A DNA stretch of 17,563 nt from Candidatus Altarchaeum sp. (lineage in GTDB: Archaea > Altiarchaeota > Altiarchaeia > Altiarchaeales > Altiarchaeaceae). This document shows, one piece after another, positions 1 to 9,472 of the stretch. The stretch's first letter is position 1. The number at the start of each line of letters is the position of its first letter. The DNA lies in NCBI GenBank assembly GCA_018260615.1, contig JAGWDQ010000145.1:1-17563 (forward strand), in the 5' to 3' direction. The position numbers were made by a program, and so were the translations under genes. The notes under the pieces were generated by a model that worked only from the letters and a program-made list of their open reading frames with translations, had not been told where the DNA came from and ran no database searches.

Positions 1-53
1 TTGCACATGTCTCCCAGAATTATGCCATAATTCCAACGGCATTTTGACGCTAT
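1..53. mobile_element. Probable terminus of an insertion sequence (family unassigned) extending off the left edge; terminal inverted repeat at 29-53
   Basis: Reverse complement of 29-53 (ATAGCGTCAAAATGCCGTTGGAATT) matches 17468-17492 (ATAGCGTCAAATAACCGTTGGAATT) at 22/25 positions. Both copies sit at the window edges, and similarity drops on either side of the repeat. Confidence 0.6.
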
Positions 54-69
54 AATGTGTCTTGGTGCG

Positions 70-97
70 ATTTTCAAAACGCGGAGTTTTTGAAAAT
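70..97. repeat. Intergenic inverted repeat / hairpin
   Basis: ATTTTCAAAA (70-79) is the perfect reverse complement of TTTTGAAAAT (88-97), with an 8-nt loop CGCGGAGT. Confidence 0.7.
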
Positions 98-98
98 A

Positions 99-116
99 TC
101 CGAGCAACAGCGAGGT
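99..116 (+). repeat. REP-like mini-hairpin motif TCCGAGC-NNNA-GCGAGGT, copy 1
   Basis: TCCGAGCAACAGCGAGGT is identical at 15/18 positions to 3978-3995; the only differences fall in the 4-nt loop. Confidence 0.65.
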
Positions 117-149
117 TAGAGAACAATAAAACGAACTTTCCTGTGCGAT

Positions 150-202
150 AAAAAATAAAAAAAATAAAAAATGCGGAAATGCAAATAAATTTATCCGCAT
201 TT
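150..202 (-). terminator. Putative terminator of the atpFAB transcript
   Basis: AAATGCGGA (169-177) pairs with TCCGCATTT (194-202) starting 11 nt after the atpB stop. On the minus strand it is followed by a long T-rich tract (A-run 150-170 on +). Confidence 0.65.
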
Positions 203-212
203 GTTTCTGCCT

Positions 213-1691
213 TTATTTATCCTCTGTTGCTATATCTACTGCTTCACCTGATAGCCCTGATAGCTCAACTCCTTCTTTCTCTTTTGGTTTCCATCTCTTA
301 TCTTCCGACAGATAATATTTTTGTAATGTCTTTTCCTTTATTCTTATGAGTTCGTTTTTCGGAAGTATTGAAAGCAGGTACCACAACTTATCTAATGTTG
401 CGCTTATTTTCCTGTCATCATCATACCCTTGGGTAACAAATTCATTTTCAAATACATTTGCAAATGTCAGCACGAGTTTATCTCTCGGAGATAGCGCTTC
501 TTCTCCGACAACAGCAACCAAATCCCTTAGATCTCTCCCCTCGGCATATAAAGCATACGCCTGATCAGCAACCTCCTTGTGATCTTCTCTCGTCTTACCT
601 TCACCCACTCCATTGTTCATTAGCCGGCTTAAACATGGAAGAACATCTATCGGAGGATAGATTCCCTTCATATGTAATCCCCTGCCCAGGACAATCTGCC
701 CTTCCGTAATATATCCGGTTAAGTCAGGAATCGGATGTGTAATATCATCGTCCGGCATTGTCAGTATCGGAATCTGGGTAACCGTTCCTTTTTTCCCGAT
801 AATTCTTCCCGCCCTTTCATAAATTGTTGATAAGTCAGTATACATATATCCGGGATAACCCCTTCTTCCAGGCACTTCCTCCCTTGCAGCTGAAATTTCC
901 CTTAACGCATTACAATAATTTGTCAGGTCTGTCAAAATTACTAATATGTGCATGTCCTTTTCAAATGCCAGATATTCGGCAGTCGTAAGTGCTAATCTCG
1001 GAGTAATAATTCTTTCTATTGCCGGGTCATCTGCCAGATTTTGAAACATCACTATTTTTTGTAATGCCCCGCTGCTCTCAAATTCGCTTTTAAAGAAATG
1101 TGCTTCTTCGGCTGTAATCCCCATTGCCGCAAAGACAACTGCAAAACTTTCTCCTTCTCCCAGGACCTTTGCCTGTTTCGCTATTTGTGCCGCCAGACGA
1201 TTATGAGTCAGTCCCGAACCGGAAAATATAGGCAGTTTTTGTCCCCTTACTAATGTGTTCATTCCGTCTATCGTTGAAATCCCGGTCTGGACAAAGTCCC
1301 TCGGAAATTGTCTTGCCGAAGGATTCATCGGCAAACCGTTAATATCTATTCTTTTTTCAGGAGCTATCACTGGTTTTCCATCAATTGGCCTTCCTGCACC
1401 GTCAAATATTCTTCCAAGCATATCAGGACTAACATCAATTTTCATCGTCTCTCCTAAAAATTTTACAGATGTGTTTTTTGTGTCTAAACCCGATGTCCCT
1501 TCAAAAACCTGTATGACTGCCAGATTTTCCATTGCATCAAGAACCTGTCCGTGTAAAATTTTACCATCGCCTCTTTTTATATCTACAACCTCACCATACA
1601 TTACACCCTTTACACCCTCTACAACTATCAATGGTCCCTTAACCTCAATTACAGAGTTGTATTCTTTTGGAATTTTAGATATTTTTTCCAT
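213..1691 (-). CDS. atpB: A/V-type ATP synthase subunit B (non-catalytic), 492 aa
   Basis: Hallmark motifs [60 protein letters not shown] and [12 protein letters not shown]; lies directly downstream of atpA. Confidence 0.98.
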   Translation of the reverse strand: MEKISKIPKEYNSVIEVKGPLIVVEGVKGVMYGEVVDIKRGDGKILHGQVLDAMENLAVIQVFEGTSGLDTKNTSVKFLGETMKIDVSPDMLGRIFDGAGRPIDGKPVIAPEKRIDINGLPMNPSARQFPRDFVQTGISTIDGMNTLVRGQKLPIFSGSGLTHNRLAAQIAKQAKVLGEGESFAVVFAAMGITAEEAHFFKSEFESSGALQKIVMFQNLADDPAIERIITPRLALTTAEYLAFEKDMHILVILTDLTNYCNALREISAAREEVPGRRGYPGYMYTDLSTIYERAGRIIGKKGTVTQIPILTMPDDDITHPIPDLTGYITEGQIVLGRGLHMKGIYPPIDVLPCLSRLMNNGVGEGKTREDHKEVADQAYALYAEGRDLRDLVAVVGEEALSPRDKLVLTFANVFENEFVTQGYDDDRKISATLDKLWYLLSILPKNELIRIKEKTLQKYYLSEDKRWKPKEKEGVELSGLSGEAVDIATEDK

Positions 1692-1735
1692 TTTATCTGA
1701 TTGATTTTGTCATTAAATTTATTAAAATTTTAATC

Positions 1736-3598
1736 CTATTTTATTTTTTCAATTATTGTCAGAACATCTTTGTATGCCCCATCAAAATATTTTAAAGAAC
1801 CGTCATTTATCTGTCCTAAAATTTTATCCTTTGTTTTTCCTTTTAGCCGCCCTCCTTCATCACATTCTTCTTTTAGCGGAGAATATTTTAGTCGTGCTAT
1901 CCTGCTCGTCATAACATCTGCTAATCCCTCTGTTTCTCTGGAAATTTCCTCAATTGTCTTTCCATTGGCAATACATCCTTCTAATTTATCATGTAAGTGC
2001 AATATTATATAAAGCATGTCGTATTGTTTTTTTAACGGACAATAACTATCCACCTCATCAAAAGCATTCTGCTGTAAAACCGCCTCTCTTATCAGTCGTG
2101 TTATTTCAAGTACCATCTTTTCCTTTTCTGCCAGTGCATCCTTTCCCACTAACTGGACGATTTCCTGTAATTCCGCCTCCTTATGCATCAGTTCCATCGC
2201 CTTTTTTCTGTTTGCAACCCAGTTTTTATTAACATTCTTATTGAACCACTCGGGCAATTTTTCATAAAGTGAATAAGATGTCATCCAGTTAATACTCGGG
2301 AAGTGCCTTCTGTGTGCTAATCGTGCATCCAACGCCCAGAATACCCTTGTTACTCTCAGTGTGTTCTGCGTAACCGGCTCTGAAAAGTCCCCTCCGGGCG
2401 GACTTACGGCGCCTATCAGCGATACAGAGGATATCCTGTTTTTCTTTTCACCGTCTTTTCCTAAAATTTCAACCATTCCCGCTCTTTCATAAAATGCGGC
2501 GACCTTTGAAGCAAGATATGCGGGATAACCTTCTTCACCCGGCATTTCTTCCAGTCGTCCCGAAATTTCCCTCATTGCCTCTGCCCATCTTGATGTTGAG
2601 TCGGCCATCATTGCAGTATTATATCCCATATCCCTGTAATATTCGGCAAGCGTTACACCCGTATAAACACTCGCCTCTCTTGCGGCAACCGGCATATTGG
2701 ATGTATTCGCTATCATCGTTGTTCTTTCCATTAACGGCTTTCCGCTGTAAGGATCAATTAAATGCGGAAATTCTTCAAGAACCTCGGTCATTTCGTTACC
2801 TCTTTCTCCGCATCCGACATAGACGATTACTTCGGCATCGCACCATTTTGCCAGCTGATGCTGACTTACTGTCTTTCCGGATCCGAACGGGCCCGGAATT
2901 GCTGCTGTTCCCCCTTTTGCTATGGGAAAAGCCGTATCAAATATCCTTTGCCCTGTTTTTAAAGGAATTTCCGGAGGCAATTTTCTCACATAAGGTCTTG
3001 GTTCTCTGACAGGCCATATCTGCATCATCTTTACATCATGCAAACGATTATTTTTGTCTCTTACGCTGCATACTATCTCTTCAACTCTGTGCTTCCCGCC
3101 ATAAATATTTTCAATCTTTCCGTCAATTCCGACAGGAATCATAATTTTGTTGACAATAAGATCTGTTTCCTGCACCTCACCTATGATGTCTCCCTGACTA
3201 ACTTCATCTCCTTCTTTAACTTTTGTTATGAAATCCCAGACCTTTTGTTTATCTATGGGCGGAACATTAATTCCCCTTGCAATGAAATCGCCGCTTTTTT
3301 CTTTTATTAATTCAAGAGGTCTCTGAATTCCGTCATATATTGATTTTAACACTCCCGGACCAAGTTCAACCGAAAGCGAGTGTCCCGTTCCCTCAACCCG
3401 CTCACCAGGCGTTAATCCGCTGGTATCTTCATAAACCTGTATTGAGGCAACATCTCCGATAATTTTTATTATTTCTCCGATAAGACCCAAATCGCCGACC
3501 TTGACTACTTCATACATCTTACGCCCTCTCATTCCATTCGCTTCAACCAATGGACCTGCTATCCTTCTTATTTTCCCGTAATTTTCTTCTTTTTCCAT
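1736..3598 (-). CDS. atpA: A/V-type ATP synthase subunit A (catalytic), 620 aa, intein-free
   Basis: P-loop [59 protein letters not shown] and [14 protein letters not shown]. Confidence 0.98.
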   Translation of the reverse strand: MEKEENYGKIRRIAGPLVEANGMRGRKMYEVVKVGDLGLIGEIIKIIGDVASIQVYEDTSGLTPGERVEGTGHSLSVELGPGVLKSIYDGIQRPLELIKEKSGDFIARGINVPPIDKQKVWDFITKVKEGDEVSQGDIIGEVQETDLIVNKIMIPVGIDGKIENIYGGKHRVEEIVCSVRDKNNRLHDVKMMQIWPVREPRPYVRKLPPEIPLKTGQRIFDTAFPIAKGGTAAIPGPFGSGKTVSQHQLAKWCDAEVIVYVGCGERGNEMTEVLEEFPHLIDPYSGKPLMERTTMIANTSNMPVAAREASVYTGVTLAEYYRDMGYNTAMMADSTSRWAEAMREISGRLEEMPGEEGYPAYLASKVAAFYERAGMVEILGKDGEKKNRISSVSLIGAVSPPGGDFSEPVTQNTLRVTRVFWALDARLAHRRHFPSINWMTSYSLYEKLPEWFNKNVNKNWVANRKKAMELMHKEAELQEIVQLVGKDALAEKEKMVLEITRLIREAVLQQNAFDEVDSYCPLKKQYDMLYIILHLHDKLEGCIANGKTIEEISRETEGLADVMTSRIARLKYSPLKEECDEGGRLKGKTKDKILGQINDGSLKYFDGAYKDVLTIIEKIK

Positions 3599-3648
3599 TT
3601 TGACTGAATTTTTAAATTTTATATAACTAAAATTTTATTATTAAATTT

Positions 3649-3954
3649 TTAATCGCTTTTCTTTTTGAATGTAATGCTTCTTCCTATTGCTTCTTCAATC
3701 ATTTTCATTGCCTTGTGTTCTCCGACTCCGTTCTCATCGGGAAGTGCTACAACAATTGATGTTGGAGGCAACTTTTTCACCTTTTCTTTAACTAATTGAT
3801 ATAATGTGTTGGGAATAACAATAATTCCTTTATTTTTTTCTTTTTCAAAAATTTCCCCGATATTTTTTTCTGTTGCAATATGTGTATCTCTTATTCCAAC
3901 CAAATTTAATCCCGAAGCGGTCAATGCATCCCCTATAAAACAAATTTTTACCAT
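3649..3954 (-). CDS. atpF: A/V-type ATP synthase subunit F, 101 aa
   Basis: N-terminal KICFIGDALTASGLNLVGI, central GIIVI and IVVALPD, C-terminal IEEAIG. Size and the conserved F-A-B order both fit. Confidence 0.92.
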   Translation of the reverse strand: MVKICFIGDALTASGLNLVGIRDTHIATEKNIGEIFEKEKNKGIIVIPNTLYQLVKEKVKKLPPTSIVVALPDENGVGEHKAMKMIEEAIGRSITFKKKSD

Positions 3955-3977
3955 TTTAAAATGTTAATTTTTAAATC

Positions 3978-3995
3978 TCCGAGCGTAAGCGAGGT
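3978..3995 (+). repeat. REP-like mini-hairpin motif, copy 2, embedded in a longer stem (about 3966-4006) upstream of atpF
   Basis: AAATC-T-CC-GA-GC-GTAA-GC-GA-GG-T-GATTT folds as a stem with tandem GA/GA mismatches and a GNRA-type loop. Its core matches 99-116. Confidence 0.65.
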
Positions 3996-4154
3996 GATTT
4001 TAAATTAGACCTCTTTTAATTTTAAAGTCCTTTTAATTAAATTTTACATAAAATTAAAAAAGAATTATTATAAATTATAATTTAATGAAAATAAATGATT
4101 AATATTTATATTTTATTACTTTCCTTATTTACTACCTTAAATAATTGTTCTGTT

Positions 4155-5501
4155 TTATTTTAACTCCGAATCAACCGCTAAATAAGGAATATATCTGTCT
4201 TCTCCGCCTCCGGTCATTGAATATAAATTTATATTTACATTTATTGTATCGTTGGTATTTCTGTTTAAATTTACAACTGCGTTGAAGTCGTTATTTTTCG
4301 GAATGACGATTAATTTTTTATCATTCACACACGATTCCGCTATGCTCACCGTTCCCTGCTTCTCTATCTTTAAATTTTTTAAATTTTTCTTTATGTTTTC
4401 ATAAATTTCGCTGTTCCATATATTTGCGTCTATTCCGAAGGCAATCTTTCCGGGATTAATAGTATATTTTATTTTTGTGCCTGTCAGACCTTCATTGTTC
4501 AATATTTTTTCCATTTCTTCCTTTGTGGAATTAAACTCAAACGAAGTAATTTCCAAACTTACATTGCTGATATTTAAATTTGTTCCGTTTAAATTTTTCA
4601 CCTTTATTGCAAAGTCAGCAAAATTTATTGTTGAAATGTCGGAAATATTATCGGTTGAGGTAGTATGAGGATATTTATTTATTAAATTTTTCAGGAGCAA
4701 AATATTTATGGAGTTATTATTATTTAATTCAACCTTTGGATTTTCGAGCTTTATACCGGTTGCTTTTATGTTTAATTTCTCTAAAATTTTTGCACTGTCC
4801 GTTGCACCTTCAACATTTACCGTAGTTATGTTTTTCACAACCGCCGACATGTTATTGCATTTTTCAACGATTTTTGATATAAGTCCTATATCTTCTGTTG
4901 TCGTGTTTGTTTTCATCACATACCATGACCCTGTAACAAAATCGTCCGGCTGCGTAGAAACCGGAGCAAATATTTTGAATCTTTTTGTAGTTCCATACGC
5001 ATGACCATCATACACTCCGAGCAAACTGTTTTTATCTTCTATATTGAGGTAAAATCTGAAATTATTGTAAATATCGTCAAATGCTTCATTCTTCGTAAAA
5101 TCTGAATCAGTATTGTTTGCTGTCTTGTTCAGTTTAAATCTAAAAATAAAATACTTGTTCGTAACATACTCTATTTCAATTTTTTGGACACCTTTTACGG
5201 ACATATTTTTCATGTAATTCAGAGTGTTCCAGTCAAGACCCTGATTTGTAATAAAAATAAATTCATCCGAAAAATTTTCAACATAAAAGGTTACCTCTTC
5301 TGTTGTCTTTAAATTTAAATCCGAAACAACATCCACAGGATTTTGCGGCTGTTGCTGGGTCATATAATAATTGCTCATAAGCAATCCCGATAAGACCATT
5401 GTTACTGCAACTACTACCGCTCCAACTGTTAACATCATCTTTTTTCTCTTTTCTTTATTTTCTTTTGCTTTGCTGCCATTAAAGTCCTTTTTTTCTGCCA
5501 T
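4155..5501 (-). CDS. Hypothetical membrane-anchored protein, probably extracellular and N-glycosylated, 448 aa
   Basis: Long ORF with a basic N-terminus (KENKEKRKK), then one hydrophobic helix (MMLTVGAVVVAVTMVLSGLLM). I counted 14 N-x-S/T sequons after the helix. No catalytic motif recognised. Confidence 0.8.
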   Translation of the reverse strand: MAEKKDFNGSKAKENKEKRKKMMLTVGAVVVAVTMVLSGLLMSNYYMTQQQPQNPVDVVSDLNLKTTEEVTFYVENFSDEFIFITNQGLDWNTLNYMKNMSVKGVQKIEIEYVTNKYFIFRFKLNKTANNTDSDFTKNEAFDDIYNNFRFYLNIEDKNSLLGVYDGHAYGTTKRFKIFAPVSTQPDDFVTGSWYVMKTNTTTEDIGLISKIVEKCNNMSAVVKNITTVNVEGATDSAKILEKLNIKATGIKLENPKVELNNNNSINILLLKNLINKYPHTTSTDNISDISTINFADFAIKVKNLNGTNLNISNVSLEITSFEFNSTKEEMEKILNNEGLTGTKIKYTINPGKIAFGIDANIWNSEIYENIKKNLKNLKIEKQGTVSIAESCVNDKKLIVIPKNNDFNAVVNLNRNTNDTINVNINLYSMTGGGEDRYIPYLAVDSELK

Positions 5502-5545
5502 TTTTTTATAATAAAATTAAAATTAATAAGAATTAAATTTCCAAC

Positions 5546-6145
5546 TTAAAATAATTTCCAATTAAAATTTTGTTTATTTAATGAAATTTTTATAACTCCG
5601 TTTTCTGCATTTATGAAATCATCGGCAAAACATATAACTATCACATCGTTTTCCTTTAAATTTTCCCGTCTTGCAATATTATTTAGATATTCATGAGAAA
5701 CAGGATAGTCAAAGATGCTCGTGTTTACGGATGGAAATTTAAATTCGTTATTTGCATATAAAAGAATGTATGCTCCGTTGCATCCTTCTCTGATTGCAAT
5801 GTCTCTTTCTTCAATTCCGCTCTTTATTTTTTCGGATGCATCTTTCAGTATTATTCCGATGCACTTGTCCCGCGTCATATCCGGAAGGGAAATTTCAAAC
5901 GGAAACGAGGCAAAATTTAAAAATCCGGAGATTATTTTATCTCCCGCAGGAGTAAGAGAGTGTCCCTTGTGTGTTGCTGTAAGAATGTCCTGTTCTTTAA
6001 AATGGTTCAGCAGGGTTCTCATACTTCCTTCGCTAATTCCGATTTTGCAGCTTAATGTTTTTCTTCCGATTAAGGGATTTTTCTTTATTTCAATGATTGT
6101 TCTTATAAAATACACATCTGAAAATGCGAGGGATACTCTTGCCAA
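5546..6145 (-). CDS. DUF4443-like (PH0730-type) winged-helix protein with a C-terminal GAD-like domain, 199 aa, TTG start
   Basis: wHTH segment IGRKTLSCKIGISEGSMRTLL...GHSLTPAG and C-terminal GIEERDIAIREGCNGAYIL...FKFP match the archaeal PH0730/DUF4443 pattern as I recall it. AAAGG lies just upstream of the TTG. Confidence 0.8.
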   Translation of the reverse strand: MARVSLAFSDVYFIRTIIEIKKNPLIGRKTLSCKIGISEGSMRTLLNHFKEQDILTATHKGHSLTPAGDKIISGFLNFASFPFEISLPDMTRDKCIGIILKDASEKIKSGIEERDIAIREGCNGAYILLYANNEFKFPSVNTSIFDYPVSHEYLNNIARRENLKENDVIVICFADDFINAENGVIKISLNKQNFNWKLF

Positions 6146-6255
6146 TTTAACCTTTATTTTTAAAATTTATTTAAATTTATGATTGTTATGAATTAAAATT
6201 TCATATTGAAAAACAGATAAATTTACAGGTAAAATTACAGCAACGCTGCTATCTA

Positions 6256-9200
6256 CTACGAAATAAAATCAATAGTTATTAGTTGTAATTTTGACTTATC
6301 AAATGGCTCAATTGTTATTTTTTTAAATATTCCTTTTTCCATTAAAAATTTATTTAAATCTTTAATTAACCTTTTCCAGTTATTATCTTTTTTGTATTGC
6401 CTCTGCATTTTTCTTAATTCTTGCAATCGTTTTTTAGTTGGGGGAAGAGATATAAGCTTATTTTTCACAGGTTCCCATGCTTTTTCTATAGAGTCATCAC
6501 TCGGAAATTCATTTAGATAACAACTAATTTGATATTCCACTTCCTCTATCATTTTCTTGACAAACAACGTACTACTTGATTTACTTAATTCTTTTAATTT
6601 CGGATCCTGGGTTTGGCTTAAATAAATTTCCGTGTAAGTTCTTTCAATATTTTCAAAAATTATATTATTGACTTCATATATTTTTTCAAAGAAATTAGAT
6701 ATAACCCTCTCTTCTTTTTGTTGACAGGATATGTAGTCAACCATCTCAGTTTTATTGTTTATTATTGTACCAGAATTTATGTTATATAAGTACCAAAAAT
6801 GGAAATCATTGTTATACTTGTAATAAAAGAATATTCCGGATATTTTATTCTTTTTTAGTCCGCTGTAAACTCCATACGGAATTTTTTCTAATTCTTCCAC
6901 TGCTTTTTCCTTTAAAAAATCTTTTAAAGGCTGGTAGAATTTCTCTCCGCCAACAAATGCGTTATCTTCTAATTCTTTGAATATTTTGGTGTCTTTATCT
7001 TTAATTTTTCTGATAACCCCAAACACTTTAGGATGTATTTCCTCTCCCAAGATACTCTGATCCAATCCAATAGACCCGTCAATATTCTTTATTTTGTTTT
7101 GAAGTATTTCAACTAAGTTTAACAATTCTTCAAGTTCTTCTTCAGGAAAGAAATTATAAACAAATATTTCTTTATACTTTGATCCAATTCGGTCTATCCT
7201 GCCTGCTCTTTGAATCATTCTTGTCGGATTCCAATGCAAGTCGTAGTTTATCAAGTATCGAGCAGATTGTAAGTTCTGCCCTTCTGATAAAACATCTGTA
7301 CTCATCAATATTTCCAGTTTATTGTTCGTGAAATCTTCAACTAACTTTCTTCTTTGTTTAGGATCCTTATTGGTTAAACCAGAACTTGAAACCGCTTCAA
7401 TTTTTAACTTTGAAAATCTTTCATCTTTTTGAATCTCCTTATATATATAGTTTAATGTATCTGCGTAATATGTAAAAAGCACTATTTGTCCATCCTTTGA
7501 CAAATCCAATAATTTTTCTTTAAGAACCTTTATTTTAGAGTCATCTTCCGGCTTAATATTATTCACCTTTTCAAGTATCTTATTTAGAAGCTTTATATCC
7601 TCATCAATGTCAGCAAACAACTCATCTGTATTATAATCCTCTTTTTTAAATTCTGAAAGTTTTATGCCTTCCGATGCTTCAAGAGCGTCTAAGTACTCTT
7701 CTATATCCTCATCGCTTATTTCCCCAAACTTCTCAACCAGCTTGTTGAAATTCTCTTTTCCAAGAATTTTACCTGCTTCCAATGATTTTTTCAGTTTTTC
7801 TAAAAATCCAATATGCCTCTTTATGCTTATCCTAAAGGATTCTACACTGCTTTCTAATCTTTTTAGGAGTATGGTCCTAAATATGCCTCCTATCTGAATC
7901 ATTCTATTTAATAGAAAATTTTCTTCAGTAGTCAATGTTTTATCCTTCTTATAATCAAGCAAACGATAATAAGCCATTGTAAGCTTTTTAGTTATGGTGT
8001 ATGAGATTTCTTTATACATGCCCATGTAAGTTTTATCTAACTGATAATTTATGTTTTCCAGCACTCTTTTAGGGAATATTATTTTTTGTTCTTGTTTTTC
8101 ACCGTTAGGAAGTTCAATTATAACATAAGGATCAGGATAGTTTTTCATAATGTAATCTCTAGTTCTTCTAATAGATACTTCATTTAGTAAATCGTTTAGT
8201 GATGCAGGATTATCTTTTGCTTTTTTGAAGCAGTCAAACAAATCAGGAATATTCTCTTTAATGAAAGCGGATCTGTCCATTAAAACAAGGAGCATTATCT
8301 GCCAATATAAATCCCAAGGAGTATTATTTATGGGAGTTGCTGTTAAGAACAACATATTAGGTTTTTTGCCTTTCCGGGCAATATTATCATTAATTAGTGT
8401 AAAGAAATTTTCCCACCGATTTGATAACGGATTTCTAAAATTATGACTTTCATCAACAACAATTAATTCCACATTATCAAATCTTCCACCCAATGTTATT
8501 TTTGCTTTTTCAAGGAAATTTTCTGATGCTAAATCCTCTTGAGATATAATATTCTCTTTCACATCAATTTTCTTTAATTCTAATCTCCACATTTCTCTTA
8601 ATTGAGCAGGACATACTACCAAGATGTTTTTTCTTTCATAATAACCTGTTTTTTCCAAGATTTTTTTAGCAATCCATGTTTTACCTAATCCGACAGAATC
8701 GGCAACAATGCAACCGCCATACTTTTTTAATCTTGTCCATATTCTTGCAATCGCATCTTCCTGAAACTGAGCTAAATAGACCTTTGTTTCGGGTAATCCT
8801 CTTGGTTTCTCGCTTTTTTCTTCCTCGGTTATATCATCCTTTTGCAACTCATATAAGGTTTTTATATAAATATCATAAGGAGTATACTCTTTACTTCCAA
8901 ATCTTGATTCTTCCAGTATTTTGATTAGGTCTTCTTTGAAGTTTCTTGCTTCCGACCAAAACTTTTCAAACCATTCCTTTCTTGTGTAAACAGCTTGAGA
9001 TTCCTGCTTCCATGTGTTTAATTCTCCGTATCTTGTTAGTCCAGCGGAAGTGAAATTAGAAGAACCAATAACTATCAGGTTGTCTAAAATATATGCTTTA
9101 CCATGAAGGAATTCATCAAATAAATGTACTTCAACATTTTCTCTTTTCAGAAATTCTATGAAAAGTTTCACTATCTGATCTGATTCCGTTGTCAGGTTAA

Positions 9201-9462
9201 ATCCTTCAATTTCTCTTTTTATTTCCTCCAAAAGCACATCTCCAAGCGTCTTTTCACTTTGGATTTCAGGAGCCTCCCCAAGCAGAAGCCTAAATCTCTC
9301 GACATCATTTAAATTATCTTTAATCATGGCAAAAGCCCGAATGTTAAAGAAAGCTGTTGCTACATCAAATTTTGTTTTCGGTGTTTCCCCCAAAACAATA
9401 TTTAGGAAATCAACTAACTTGTTTCCTTCGCTGTTGTCTATTATTTCCTTCGGGATCGTCAT
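6256..9462 (-). CDS. PLD-family nuclease fused to an SNF2-like SF2 helicase/ATPase (restriction-type subunit), 1068 aa
   Basis: Single HKD motif HGKAYILD...GSSN. Helicase motifs: I ADSVGLGKT, Ia LVVCPAQL, II DESH, III TATP, V STDVLSEGQNLQ, VI QRAGRIDRIG. Confidence 0.92.
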   Translation of the reverse strand: MTIPKEIIDNSEGNKLVDFLNIVLGETPKTKFDVATAFFNIRAFAMIKDNLNDVERFRLLLGEAPEIQSEKTLGDVLLEEIKREIEGFNLTTESDQIVKLFIEFLKRENVEVHLFDEFLHGKAYILDNLIVIGSSNFTSAGLTRYGELNTWKQESQAVYTRKEWFEKFWSEARNFKEDLIKILEESRFGSKEYTPYDIYIKTLYELQKDDITEEEKSEKPRGLPETKVYLAQFQEDAIARIWTRLKKYGGCIVADSVGLGKTWIAKKILEKTGYYERKNILVVCPAQLREMWRLELKKIDVKENIISQEDLASENFLEKAKITLGGRFDNVELIVVDESHNFRNPLSNRWENFFTLINDNIARKGKKPNMLFLTATPINNTPWDLYWQIMLLVLMDRSAFIKENIPDLFDCFKKAKDNPASLNDLLNEVSIRRTRDYIMKNYPDPYVIIELPNGEKQEQKIIFPKRVLENINYQLDKTYMGMYKEISYTITKKLTMAYYRLLDYKKDKTLTTEENFLLNRMIQIGGIFRTILLKRLESSVESFRISIKRHIGFLEKLKKSLEAGKILGKENFNKLVEKFGEISDEDIEEYLDALEASEGIKLSEFKKEDYNTDELFADIDEDIKLLNKILEKVNNIKPEDDSKIKVLKEKLLDLSKDGQIVLFTYYADTLNYIYKEIQKDERFSKLKIEAVSSSGLTNKDPKQRRKLVEDFTNNKLEILMSTDVLSEGQNLQSARYLINYDLHWNPTRMIQRAGRIDRIGSKYKEIFVYNFFPEEELEELLNLVEILQNKIKNIDGSIGLDQSILGEEIHPKVFGVIRKIKDKDTKIFKELEDNAFVGGEKFYQPLKDFLKEKAVEELEKIPYGVYSGLKKNKISGIFFYYKYNNDFHFWYLYNINSGTIINNKTEMVDYISCQQKEERVISNFFEKIYEVNNIIFENIERTYTEIYLSQTQDPKLKELSKSSSTLFVKKMIEEVEYQISCYLNEFPSDDSIEKAWEPVKNKLISLPPTKKRLQELRKMQRQYKKDNNWKRLIKDLNKFLMEKGIFKKITIEPFDKSKLQLITIDFIS

Positions 9463-9472
9463 TTTAAATTAT

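Noticed and set aside
1736-3598. Intein in AtpA
   Set aside because: Both known insertion sites (P-loop GSGK/T and [10 protein letters not shown]) are contiguous; the extra length is a small C-terminal insert.
4155-5501. ATP synthase subunit C or I, suggested by position upstream of atpF
   Set aside because: A single N-terminal TM helix and a sequon-rich polar domain fit neither soluble helical subunit C nor multi-TM subunit I.
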